Source: Cyanophora paradoxa CCMP329
Lineage: Eukaryota > Plantae > Glaucophyta
NCBI GenBank assembly: GCA_004431415.1
Contig: QPMI01000560.1
Span: forward strand, 372,001 to 436,000
Direction of reading: 5' to 3'
Length of the DNA stretch: 64,000 nucleotides
Below, in pieces: positions 1-10,996 of the stretch. The notes under the pieces were generated by a model that was not told the DNA's origin, did not search any database, and worked only from the letters and a program-made list of their open reading frames with translations. The position numbers were made by a program, and so were the translations under genes. Position 1 is the stretch's first letter; each line of letters begins with the position of its first letter.

Positions 1-3000
1 CGCAAAACGCACGACACGCTGAGCAGACTGCGGCCGCTGCTCACCCATTCGACAAGAAGGACCTCAGCCACCTTCAATCCCTCACGAGATGCAAGAAAGA
101 GATCTATTTTCATAACATTGAGAACATGTGCGTGCGTTGAAGATGGGGCAACGATGCCACGCCCCTGATGCGTACACTCCGAACAGACTGTGCATTCTAA
201 GGATGAGGAAAGCGGAGCAGGAGGTGCCGGACGACCACTACAAGCTTGAGGGCATCTCGCGACCCGGCATTCTGGATGTCGCCGACTTCATCCTAGGGAC
301 TCACAAGCTGACGGCGATGGAGGAGAACGTAGCCGGCTGGATGGATGGCAAGGACAAGGTGGACAGCGGAGAGTGAGCAAGAGTTCCATTATTTCGAGCA
401 ACACATACGAAACTGACCGGTGGAAACAATTTACCACGCAGGTACAAGGCGACCGGGCGAAGAGGAAGGCCAATTGCAAGAAGAAGCAGGAAATCGAACA
501 TCACGACTCGTGCGAAGGTACGCGACGCTGTTCCAACGCAATCCCAACGCATATTTCAACACCTCTCAACGCATACGTTGATTGACATACGATGAATAGT
601 GTTGACGTAATCAACTTCCCTCCGTGTTGGCACAAGGCTCACGCGCACTTTTGCACTTGCAGAGCCGGCAAGGAAAGTGGCAGAGCAGAAGGGCAAGGCA
701 CGCGTCCGCGCCCCCCCGACAGACGAAGGTGCGCAATGTGTACAACGCATGCACAACGCATCGAAAACGCAAGCGTTGGTATTGCGTTGGTTGATTGCGT
801 TGCAAAGATACAGCGCAATTTTCGTTGATTCCGTGCCCGCAGAGTCCGACGAGGAGGATGACGTAGAGGACAAGCTCGAGGACGACAACGAGAGCGGGAA
901 TGAGGACGAGGACGAGGGCGAGGACGAGGGCGAGGACGAGGACGAGGACGCAGAGGCGGCAAGCTCGAGGAAGCGCAACCGCAAGGCAGAGACGAAGGGT
1001 CAGGAGGCGAAGCAGGAAAAGCAGAAAGCAGGGAAGCGCAAGAAGCAGGAGAAGGAGATGGAGAAGGAGGCGAAGAAGCCCAAGGCCGCAGCAATGACAG
1101 AGAAGGTGCAGTCTTAAAAACGCAATCTGTGCCAGTCCCGGGCATAGTGCAGAGTTTTAATACCGCAGCACAGAAGGAGGCCGAGGCGAAATCGAAGGAG
1201 AAGGGCAAGGCGGCGGCAGCGAAGAAGGCCGCAGCAGAAAAGCAGGCCGCAAAAACGGCGGAGCAGGCAGCAGCACAGGAAAAGGTGCAGTGTTGCGCGG
1301 CACTCTCTGCGAGCGTTCCGGGCCTGGGAACAGTTTTAATAACGCAGCGCAGAAGGAGGCCGAGAAGAAAGCGAAGGAGAAGGAGAAGGCGGCGGCAGCA
1401 AAGAAGGCTGCAGCCGAGAAGGAGGCCGCGAAAACGAAGGCGCAGGCAGAGGCTGCCGCGGCAGCACAGGAGAGGGTGCAGTTTTTCGCGTCACTCTGTG
1501 CGAGCGCCTGGCATAGGAAAGAGTTCTAATCACGCAGCGCAGAAGGCGGCCGAGAAGAAGTTGAAGGAGAAGGACAAGGCGGTGGCAGCGGAGAAGCTGG
1601 CAGAGGCGCCTGCAGAGAAGAGCCGAAAGAAGAGGAAGGCTGCATATGAGCTGGCGGCGGAGCCAATAATCCCAAATCCCCGACAGCTGCCGCCCCTTCC
1701 CAAGCTTCTCAATCCTGGAAAGCAGAGCAGCTTTCGGCAGCTTCGCAGCAAGGCAGAGCGCGCAAAAGCCAAGTCAGGCGGAGAGAGTCCACTCGCCCCA
1801 AGATACTCCCTCCCGCCCGGGGCCGGTTGGCCTACGTAAACCAGGAAACCGGGTGCGCACGGGCAGTCCTCGCAAATTATTATACAATCGGTACTGTAAT
1901 AAATCAGACTGTAATTATACATGTGCAGCTCGAACTCTACAGACGGCGGCTCGATCCTGGAGCTTTCATCCAAACCCTTTCTCAGGCGAGCATAGCATTG
2001 CAACGCATACTCAACGCTTGCGTTGTACATACGTTGATGTAGCGTTGTTGTAAATCAGAACGGAGAAACCTCTCAGTCTCAGTCGTGCTCAGCACTTCAT
2101 CCGCGAACAAGAGCACATAAGTGCATACGATGCGAAGTCGTCGTATCTGTGCTTCACAAAGCCCAACGACGACCTCCCTCCGGGCTCGGAGCAAGTTGTT
2201 GCGGTATGGGATCACCAACCAGGGGTGACGTCGCACCCCTGGAGGCTGTGCAACACGCACAAGTACGCCCAGCTCGAACCCCGTCTCGCAGCGGAGACAT
2301 CGTCGGGGGGAGGCCCCCTCGTTGTGGTCATTGAGTGGCCGCGGGATGACCCCATCATCATCGGGGCCGCCATTAAACAGGGGGACGAGGTTGTCCAATA
2401 TATGACGCCATACATATTTCAGCCAGTCAAACAGGATGACGGTGGCAGGAAACGGGGCAAGCGTGAAGTCGTCCCCGTCGCCGTCGATGACACATTTCTA
2501 GACGCTGTCCGAACCTGCAGCACTCCCACGCGGTATGCAATGCCCCATTCACGTCACAAAATATTCAGATAATGTCTGCAGGTTGAACGTCGCAGAAGGA
2601 GCCGCAGAGGATGCCCGCCCGCAACTCTCGAGACCCATTCTGAGGCGAGCATAACTTTTCAACGCTTACACAACGCTTTTCCAGCGCTAACGTTGATATT
2701 GCGTTGCCGTGTTTCAAATGCAGAACGGACAAAAAGCTGTATGTCCAGCCGTCTCCGGAAGACGGCGGCGGTGTTGTGTGCGTGCAACGGCATATTTTGT
2801 GGGCATTGCGTTATTACTTACACGTCTTGGCAGAGATGTGAACCACGCGTTGAGGCCTCACCCGATTTTGTGGCACCTGGGTGGGGGCCGCATTTCCAAG
2901 AAGGCCCTCGCAGATGAGGTGGCAACGCACATCTGGAACGGACGGAAACAGATCGTGAAAACAGTTCTCAAGCTGCGATGGCCGCCGCATTTCGATCTCG

Positions 3001-3486
3001 AGCCACGAACGCGTCTCGTGGTTCGCGGCAGGAGGAGTACGGAGAGAGAACACACCATCCTCGTGCCATTCGACCAGTCCAAGACAGCATACGGACAGGC
3101 ACCCGGGCGCGTCCTGCACTTCGACACATCCACGGTTTACTACGTGCAGTACGCTCAGGTAGAGCTCGATTGGGATGCCGAGTACGAACTCTTCCTAGCC
3201 CTGCAGGTAACTACGCAATTCCAATGCATGCGTTGCGTTTCCGCTGCTCACGTGTTGGATGCAGCACGAGGAGACGGACGCCGAGGGCGAGATGACTTTT
3301 GCACTTCGGAATGGCCCCGCGGTCACTGTAGGAAAGGTGGAGGATCGCAGGACCTTCCGCCGTTCTATCTCGTACCGGCCACACCCGCGGCCGCTGCGTG
3401 GCGAAATATCGGACTTCAACGAGGGAACAGTGGAGGGCAAGGACAACTGGTGGCACAAGTGGGACATCTTCATGCTCAAGAAGTAG
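1..3486 (+). CDS. Large multi-exon hypothetical protein (5' partial): acidic tract, Lys/Ala-rich repeats, C-terminal region with an internal repeat; probable cargo/partner gene of the integrase element
   Basis: Exons join in frame across introns at 518-662, 729-842, 1106-1173, 1285-1352, 1476-1542, 1853-1928, 1986-2058, 2533-2581, 2645-2723, 2778-2833 and 3207-3264, ending ...WWHKWDIFMLKK*. One extra C is needed in the C-run near 1810 to keep the frame. No domain recognised. Confidence 0.6.
1100..1600 (+). repeat. Three tandem ~180-190 bp exon+intron units encoding KEAEKK/AAAKKAAAEK-type repeats
   Basis: GTGCAGT...AGTTYTAATnnCGCAGCRCAG|AAGG recurs from 1106, 1285 and 1476 with similar following exons. 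Confidence 0.85.
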
Positions 3487-3663
3487 ATTCTGTTGAAGTA
3501 GAAGTAGATTAATGTGCAGAAAGTAGCCATTGTGCAACTGCTTCAGCTTGTGTTCTCTGCACAATTTACAAGTCTTACTTTACAAGTCGTACTTGTGGTA
3601 CTGATGGGGATGAAAGTTGAAGTGTGGGCAGGCTGGACGTGCTCACAGTGAAGTGGATACTGC

Positions 3664-6600
3664 TTAGTCATAGTGCGGCAGAGGTGGCGGGCGTGGGCCG
3701 GGCGGAGCCGCAGCACGGGCCGGGCCGGGCGGGGCCGCAGCAGGAGATGGGGCGGGCGGGGCCGCAGCAGGAGACGGGGCGGGCGGGCCGGAGCGCGGGA
3801 CAGGCCGGCGGGGCCGCAGCAGGAGACGGGCGGGCGGGGCCGCAGCAGGAGACGGGGCGGGCGGGCCGGAGCGCGGACGGGCCGGCGGGGTCGCAGCAGG
3901 AGACGGGCGGGCGGGCCGCAGCAGGAGACGGGGCGGGCGGGCAGGAGCGCGGGACGGGCCGGGCGGGCCCGCAGCAGGAGATGGGGCAGGCGGGGCCGCA
4001 GCAGTAGACGGGGCGGGTGGGGCCGGAGCGTGGGCTGTGGCTGCTTGGGCTGCACGTGCTGCGGCTGCTTGGGCTGCACGCTGAGCGGCATCCTCCTCCT
4101 CTTTCTTGAGATAAGCTAGAATTCGCAGCTTGAGAGCCTCCTTGTTACCTGTGTGCGGCAGGTTTGCAGCACGGAGGAATGCCTGCAGGGCTTGTTGGTG
4201 GTGTGCATGCCAGGGGCCAGAAGCTGCGAGAAAAAGGAAATTAGAAGAGGAAGTCCAACGCAACTGCACCGCAAGCGTTGAATTGAAGAACGCAAACGTG
4301 TGCTTTGCGTTGCTACAAAAACGCACCCGTCGTATCCCATCAACAGACGGGATGGGGCCGTACTTGTCGTCGACAGGGCCATCTGCTGTTGCATTGTCGG
4401 CGACGATCGATTCTGCCGTTGCGCCACGCTGGCGCGGAATGATTTTCTCCCCGACACTGGCCGTCTCCGGGTAGATGCGCTCACGCTTGTTCTTGCACCC
4501 GTACTTGCTGCACTGGCAGCTCGAGCAGCACACCAGGCCGCTTGTGAAACAGCCGCATTTCTCTGGAAGGCAGCCATCCCTGCACTTGCACGGGTCCACG
4601 TCGAGACCGGGGCCTGGCCACAGAAGCTCTTGAATGCTGTCATGAGAGGAACGGTGCCGTTCATTATGTTGTTCGCACGGTTCTCCTCAATTGTCTTCCA
4701 GATTGTCTGCATACCTGCACCAGTTTTTTGATGAGTGTGCAACATTCGTGCAAATGGGACTACCCTGCACGTACCGCCCACGAGGTTCATGTTGATCAAT
4801 TGTGCTCCCTGAATGGGAGTGTCAATGAAACCCGCCATCGTCCTGATCGTGTAGAGGCCATGCGGGACGTCCACCACTTCTGTGACGATCCCAGGTACCC
4901 TTGCTTGTAGGAGGACGTGCATGCCGAGCTGTTTGACAAGGACGGCCACACGATCCCCGATACTGTAGATAACAGGACCTGCTCCCTGCTTCTCCGCGCA
5001 CGCCTTCATCTGGTCTCTGTACACGGCAAGCCGTGCGCATGCCTGGACATTCCGAATGCACGCACAAACTGATCGATCTGTCCAACGCATGCGTTGAGAA
5101 TGCGTTGGATGAGAGTGCGACAAAATTTGCAATGAATTGACGGCACTTACTACGTAGAACACCGGATATCCTTCAAGAGCGGGCTCTCCGCCCTCTGCAG
5201 AAGAGCGTTGGCGATATCTTCTTCGTACTTCGCCATGTCATCGCACACTCTGTTCACTTCCTCCATGTTTGCAACCTGACAACACAATTACCAACGCATG
5301 CGTTGGGATGCGCAGACATTCCGTTGCGCACTCCGAGGAGGTCCTCAATGTCCTTCTCGGTGTACGGCCTTGTCGGATCCGACGGTGGCTCAATTCCCAA
5401 AGGCCTTCGTGAAGGTCTGCGCCCGGTCATGGCCTCGATGGGTGTCATCTTGTGCCCGTTCGCGAACTTCATGCTGTTGTGGGACTCCATTGCCTGAGAA
5501 TCCAGCATCGATCAGTGCACTTGGAATTTTCAAATGGGGTATGGAAAGGATTTTAAATACATCGGGAATGGCTAGGGCCCAGTTCGCCCAGTCCTCCGCA
5601 TTCTGGTTCCGGCGTTCGTAGCAAATAGCCTCGAGCGTCGGCTTCGAGTCCCTGTTCGCGCGCTCCACAGAGCCCTGGTGCTCTGGAGTGTACGGTTTCC
5701 CGTAGGCGATGGACGAGTTCGGGTAGGCCGCCATAAGGACCTTCATGATCTGCCATACTCCGTTAACATAATTAATATTGAAGTTTACAAGAGATAACGG
5801 GGGATTTCACATCATTCTTGAACTCCGATCCGTTGTCGCAGGACAGGATTGTGCATGCGCCGAAGTAGGCAAATTTCTCGCGAAGACGATCAGCAACTTC
5901 GCCTGCGCACTTTGATTCGCAAGCCTCCAAGATGAGGAAACGAGTGTAGTGGTCCTGCGTTCGCCGTTGTTCGTTACCGGATGCAGAAATCTGCGCATGA
6001 CCGTGCCGAAAACTGACCTTTATGGCCAGGACAAATGCCCAGAATCGCGGAATGACGTCCGTGACAAAGACCGTCTTGTAGCAGCCCGGAAATTCGGGAT
6101 CCGGGATTTTCTTCTCGTACCGGCACACGTGCACTGCTTGCTCCCAGTACCAGACCCTCTCGAGCTCGCCTGAGCTCTCATTCCACTTCCACCCCGGCAG
6201 CCACTCCTGCAACTCCCAGGTAAATTTTAACACGCGGCCAGGCGCATCAATAACAACATCTCACCATGCGGGGGCAGGGCCCCATGCCTTGGGCATCTCA
6301 AAGAAGTCGACAATTGCCCGATCCCAGAAACCAATCACCTTGATTGGATGGAGGATCCCGTCGGGCTGCCTCCTCTTGTTCTTGAGCTTGCAGACTGGAC
6401 TGCAGCCCCATCCCCACGACCGCAGGTGAGTCTTAGTCACGATTGGTTTGTCGGTGGACAGAAAACTCACCAAATCTTGACGTAGATGCGGACCAGGTAG
6501 CGAGGAATCGCGTACCTTTGCTTCGCATTGTTGTATACACCGGTGCCACCTTTGTGCCCGCTCTCAAGGTGTTCGCGCTGCGCACGATCATGACCGCGTC

Positions 6601-7687
6601 ACAAACAGTGCAATGCAGTGGACATAAAAATTAAAATGTATTCTGTTCAACGCATGGTCAACGCATGTGTTGAGAATGTCCAACGCTAGCAACCCAACGC
6701 TTGCGTTGAAGATGCGTTGCGCGTGCGCAGAGAATTGCGTTGTACCGCGATCGCACCTGGATGCAGATGAAAATGTCCTCGTCACACACCAGCTCCCTGC
6801 CCAGTGGGGGGCGTCGCCCGAATTTCCTCGCTTCAAGCGGTTGTCAACCTGCTTCTCCACCACCAGCCGAAGCTTGCGCCTTGGCCGCGGGTTGGGCATG
6901 GCGAGCTCCTCCGCTGTCAGGTTGTCTGTCGGATCTGGAACCTCGCGCAGCGTGTACTTCCCCTCATGAACTCGCGCCAATTCTTCACCCGCTTCACATG
7001 CTCTGGGCTGCCGCTGGGCTCGGGCGCGTCCGGGTTTTCGAGGATGTACTTAACGTGTTCGATGTCGGCGCGAGATAGCAGCACCGCTCCGGGCTTCACA
7101 CGCTGTATAGCGGCTCGATATTCTTCGAAAGTTACGCGCTGCACTGATGCTGCTGGGACCGGTTCAGCGCCTCGGGATTCGGCGAACATCCGCTGGACTC
7201 GGTGGCGAAATTCGGTGGTGTCGATGCGCTTGCCGGCTGCTGCGGCCGAGCCCTTCTTTTGTTGTTGCTGCCTCGAGCTCGAGCTCGAAGCCGCTGCCTC
7301 TGCTGGCTGTGATTCTGAAGCTGCTGCGCCATCTGCGCCCACAGCTGCAGGTGCTGGTGGCTGCTTCCGAGGGCGCCCGCGCGGCCGCGGCGGTTCACTA
7401 GTATTTGGCCGCTTTCGATTACGCGGCTTACTGCTCGAACTCGCCGCCTGTCCGCTCGAGGTGGACGGCGCCTGCTGGCCGCTCGATGGTGCTGACTGCT
7501 GTTGGTTGCTCGATTGCGATGACGATGCCGCTGCTGCGTTGCTGGGCATGTCGATGCGAATGTTAGGAAACAGAGTCTTGCACAGGAAGTTATTGCCGCA
7601 GAGCCCGGACAGATTCTCTGCGGGTGGACACCTGCATTCGAACTTGTTGGGAAGGTCTCTGACATCTGGATGCTCCCACCACCTCAT
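3664..7687 (-). CDS. Intron-containing DDE (rve) integrase/transposase, Ginger2/KRBA2-SCAND3-like, with AT-hook, HHCC, Cys-rich CXC-like domain, SAP domain and Pro/Ala tail
   Basis: Spliced translation gives PRPRGRPRK (AT-hook); REHLESGH...ICPVC (HHCC); AIVDFFEM...DHYTRF...SCDNGSEFKND-IMK...HQGSVERAN (D, D-x36-E); YSIGDRVAV...GLYTIRT; CKCRDGCLPEKCGCFTSGLVCCSSCQCSKYGCKN; LQAFLRAANLPHTGNKEALKLRIL (SAP). A one-base frameshift lies in the G-run near 6960. Start and stop positions are uncertain. Confidence 0.85.
3690..4025. repeat. GC-rich minisatellite (GGGCCGCAGCAGGAGAYGGG core, ~25-30 bp units) encoding an APPAPSPAAA-like tail
   Basis: About seven copies of GCAGCAGGAGA interspersed with GGAGCGCGG variants. 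Confidence 0.85.
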
Positions 7688-7896
7688 TGCTGATGTGCCT
7701 AGGGCCGCGCCTTCGGGCTCGGTGCGCGCGCGCGGCTCCCCGACCGCTTCCCGCCAGTGCGGTCCTATACCGGTAGCCCGGCGGTAGGCTATAATGATAG
7801 GCGATTTCGATCGCGACAGCTAGCCTAGCAGTACTCCCCAACGCAAAGCTCCGGCTGCGCTGGCCGGCGCCTTTTTTTCTGCGATGGCTCAAAAGC

Positions 7897-7940
7897 GTGC
7901 GCCATAAAAATAAGATGGCGCGCCATTTTATTTGGCGCAC
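7897..7940. promoter_or_regulatory. Near-perfect palindrome upstream of the integrase gene
   Basis: GTGCGCCA..AAATAAGATGGCG|CGCCATTTTATTT..TGGCGCAC; one mismatch in the 26-bp core. Confidence 0.45.
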
Positions 7941-8657
7941 TACAAACCGCGCCCCGACGCAATCATTGAATTGCACAAGCCGGCCGCAAGCCGGCCGCAC
8001 TTGGCGGGCTATGCCACTTCCAACAAGCCGATGCCAGCGCGGCGCGCGTGCTGCGCGACGCAGAGCCCCCGCGCGCGCGCGATGCGCATGCCTGCTGCGC
8101 ATGCAGCCGGCGCCGCTGATCATGAGCTGGCCCGCTGCGCCGCTTTTTGAGCGGAACGTGAGCTTGAGCAGCGTCCCCGTGCCCGCGCCCAGATCGCGCG
8201 GAGGCCGAGGCGCCGGCCAGCCCCTAGCTATGTAGCCACGCCGTGACGCACGTGCACCCGCAGCACATGCGCACTCGTGCACCCGCCACGCCTCCGCGCG
8301 CGACGGCCACGGGGCATGCGCAGCCTGGCAGCTGCAGGAGCTGGAGCACGTCCATGGCCAGACTCTGAGACAAGGTTCCCTCCCCCTTCTCAAGGCCCGC
8401 GCCTTACATAGCTAGAGCTAGCTCGCTAGGCCCCGATCATGAGGCCTACCTCTATAAGAGGACAGCTCGCCTCGATCGCGAGGACAGCTGCAGCCGCTGA
8501 GCTCGCCTGGCATGGCCAGCCTCAGCCGGAGCCGGCCCAGCGGCTCGCCCGGCCACCGTGCGCGCGCCTTCTTAAGCTTAATTAAGCGCTAGTTGAAGTC
8601 CCTGCAGCTGCCCTCTGCATGCGCGCATCTAGATCTTGGATTCGCCGAGGTTAAATG

Positions 8658-8708
8658 CCCTTCCCCGGACCCAACTGACGCGCGCGGCAAGTCAGTGGCC
8701 CTTTTTAC
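8658..8708 (+). repeat. ~50-bp dispersed repeat with hairpin, copy 1
   Basis: CCCTTCCCCGGACCCAACTGACGCGCGCGGCAAGTCAGTGGCCCTTTTTA matches the reverse complement of 38599-38648 with few differences. Confidence 0.8.
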
Positions 8709-9271
8709 GAGATCTTCGACGTCGACTCGCGATATCGCGCGCGCGTCTCAGCTGCAGGGCCCCCGCCCCTGCTCGTCTCAGGGTGTGCAAGATGCCCATG
8801 GCCACGGGCCCGGGATCTAGATTATCGTCGACGTCGGGGTCGGTGCTGGCGGGGCCGGGGCCGGGCGGGGGCGCGCGGCGGCGGGCGTCGCTGGCGGCGG
8901 TCGCCGAGTCGGGCCGCGGCGGTCCGACGGTCGGCGTCAGCGGCTTTCGGCGGCTTCTCGGGAATTCGAACTGCCATGCGACAGATCCGAGAAAACGCAT
9001 TTCTGCGCCCCGAGAACGGGCGGCGCCGCCGTTTCTTGAAAGAACTGCGGCAAGCATTCTGCAACTGATCATGACGCCCCGCGCCCCTTCAAAGGCTTCT
9101 CGAGGCGCTGACTTCATATAGCTACGGGACGAGCCAAACGATCAGGATGCACTACCCGTGGGGCCGGGTCAGGAGGGCATCAAAGGAGGGCCAGTCGCGC
9201 GCCGTGTCTCAAAAGAGTGGACAGGCTAGCGCTGGGCGGCGCCGGCCTGCCAGCGATCCTTGTGATCATGA

Positions 9272-10996
9272 TCAGGGGCCGGGGGCGGGGCCGGGGCGCG
9301 GGGCGCGGGCGGCGAGGGCGGCGAGGCAGGCGGCGTAGGCCTCGCGGGCCTCCGGGGGCGCCTCGGCCTGCGCCGCCAGCGGCTCGAGGTGGAGGGTTCG
9401 CAGTGCGGGGAAAAGTTCCGGGAGGGCGCGGAGGAGGGGGGCGGGGAAGAGGTGGCGCCGGCCCCAGGCGAAGGAGAGGCAGGCGAGGGCGGGGCAGCCG
9501 GCGGCGAGGGCGCGGAGGGCGGCGTCGACGTCGGCGGGGCGGTGCAGCGCGTCGTACCCCACCAGGGCGAGCTCCTCGAGGCCCCCGCAGCTCGTCGCCA
9601 CCTCCCGCAGCACCCACAGGTCCGACATCACCTGAGGCCAGGGAGGCGGTGAGGAGAGGGGGAGGGGGGTGGAGGGAGTGGGGGGGTACGGACGCGGAGG
9701 TGGAGGCCGCGAAGGGTGGGGGCGGCGGCGCGGATGAGCCGCTCGATCGCCTCCCGCGAGCAGAACGAGTGCACCTGCGCGCGCGGGGCCGGGCCGGATT
9801 AAGAGGGATAGGGGGGAGAAGGAAGAGGGGGTACCGTGAGGGAGAGGCGCCGGAAGCGGGGTACGAGGGCGAGGAGCTGCGCCTCCGCGGGCCCGCCGGG
9901 CTCCAGCTGCGGGGCCCGTCAGATTCGAGCGGCTTGCGGGCGGGGCGGGCGGGGCGGGCAGGGCGGACGGCGGCGAAGAACTGGCCGAGGCAGACCATCT
10001 CGCGGAAGCGGAGGTTGGGGGCGGCAGCCGCCTCCGCGTAGTGCGCGGGGAAGTCCGCCGCCGCCCCCGCCCCCAGCACCGCGTCCCCGCAGTTCAGCAC
10101 CGACACCCCGGGGTGCCTGCCGCCCCGCCCCGCCCTCAGCCTGTCAGTGTGCGGGCCGCGCGGGGGAGGGAGGGAGGAGCGAGGAGGAGGCCGACGCACG
10201 CGCGGGCGATGGCGACGCAGGCGGGGGCCGCGCTGGGCGTCATGCGCTCGGAGATGAGGAGGCAGCCCGAGGCGGCGAGGCGCGGGAAGGAGCCGGCGGC
10301 GAGGAGGCGCCGCAGCGCCTCCACGACGGGCGAGGGGCCGACGGCGTCGGCGGCGTGCACGTCGAGCGCGCGGAGGGCGGGGCAGGCGGCGGCGGCAGCC
10401 CGCAGCGTCCGGTCGTCGGCGAGGAGCGCCTCGGGGAGCGCGAGGGCCTCGAGGTGCGGCGCCAGGGCGAGCAGCGCCGCCGCCGCCCGCCCCGCCCCCG
10501 GCGGCTTCTTCCCGCTGCAGCGCACCGTGAGGTGGATCACCTGCATCCGAGAGGCGAGCAGCGCCCGCAGCCGCCGCCACCCCAGCGCCTGCCAGGGGCG
10601 GCCCTCCGGCTGCGCCAAGTCAACGTACAGCACCTGCGCGGCGCGCGCGTCAATTGCAAGGGGCGAAAGGCGCGCGGGGCGGCGGCGGGGGCGCACAGCT
10701 CCGCCTGCAGGAACCGTGTAGACGATTTCGCTCCACGCACGGCAGACAAGGCTCGCCTTCAGCTTGTCTGACGGATCCAGGAACGACAGGACGTGCGCGA
10801 CGAGCTCCGCCGGAAACGCTGCGAGGCCGGTGGGCCCCGCTGCAGCTTGTACTGCCGCCGTGGGCGCCGATGCGCTCTGTGCGGCGGCCGGCGCAGGTGC
10901 GGGTGCGCTCGCGCCCTCCGTATCGGGGCCCGCGGTGGCCGCCGGCGCGCTCTCGTCCTCCCTGCTCGTTCGCGCCCGCTTGGCCGGCCGCGCCAT
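9272..10996 (-). CDS. F-box / LRR-like protein, multi-exon
   Basis: LAAFPAELVAHVLSFLDPSDKLKASLVCRAWSEIV (F-box) followed by LRR-like CPALRALDV, FPRLAAS, CGGLEELAL, CPALACLSF and FPALRTLHL. Confidence 0.8.

Larger units (their letters stand above)
534..6742. repeat. Dispersed intronic clusters of CAACGC-NN-GCGTTG palindrome with ~11-bp phased half-sites
   Basis: Clusters at 534-580, 743-802, 2001-2047, 2660-2706, 3211-3235, 4256-4312, 5083-5107, 5291-5326 and 6648-6742, each inside a predicted intron. Confidence 0.85.
1..7940. mobile_element. Putative large multi-gene DNA transposon (Ginger2-like); termini not identified, extends left of the window
   Basis: DDE integrase with no RT seen, GC visibly lower than neighbouring host genes, and a private intronic motif shared by both genes. 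Confidence 0.55.

Noticed and set aside
900-1650. TolA or histone H1 assignment
   Set aside because: Similarity is only compositional (Lys/Ala/Glu low complexity).
534-6742. Introner (intron-generating MITE) origin for the motif-bearing introns
   Set aside because: The introns differ in length and sequence outside the hexamers, and the inverted motifs are internal rather than at the splice sites.
3664-7687. LTR retrotransposon or Polinton integrase
   Set aside because: No RT, protease, LTR, polB or capsid visible in the window, and the gene has many introns. A larger virus-like element extending left cannot be fully excluded.
7635-7687. CW-type zinc finger at the integrase N-terminus (RWWEHPDVRDLPNKFEC)
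   Set aside because: Only a partial resemblance; the upstream CxxC was not found.
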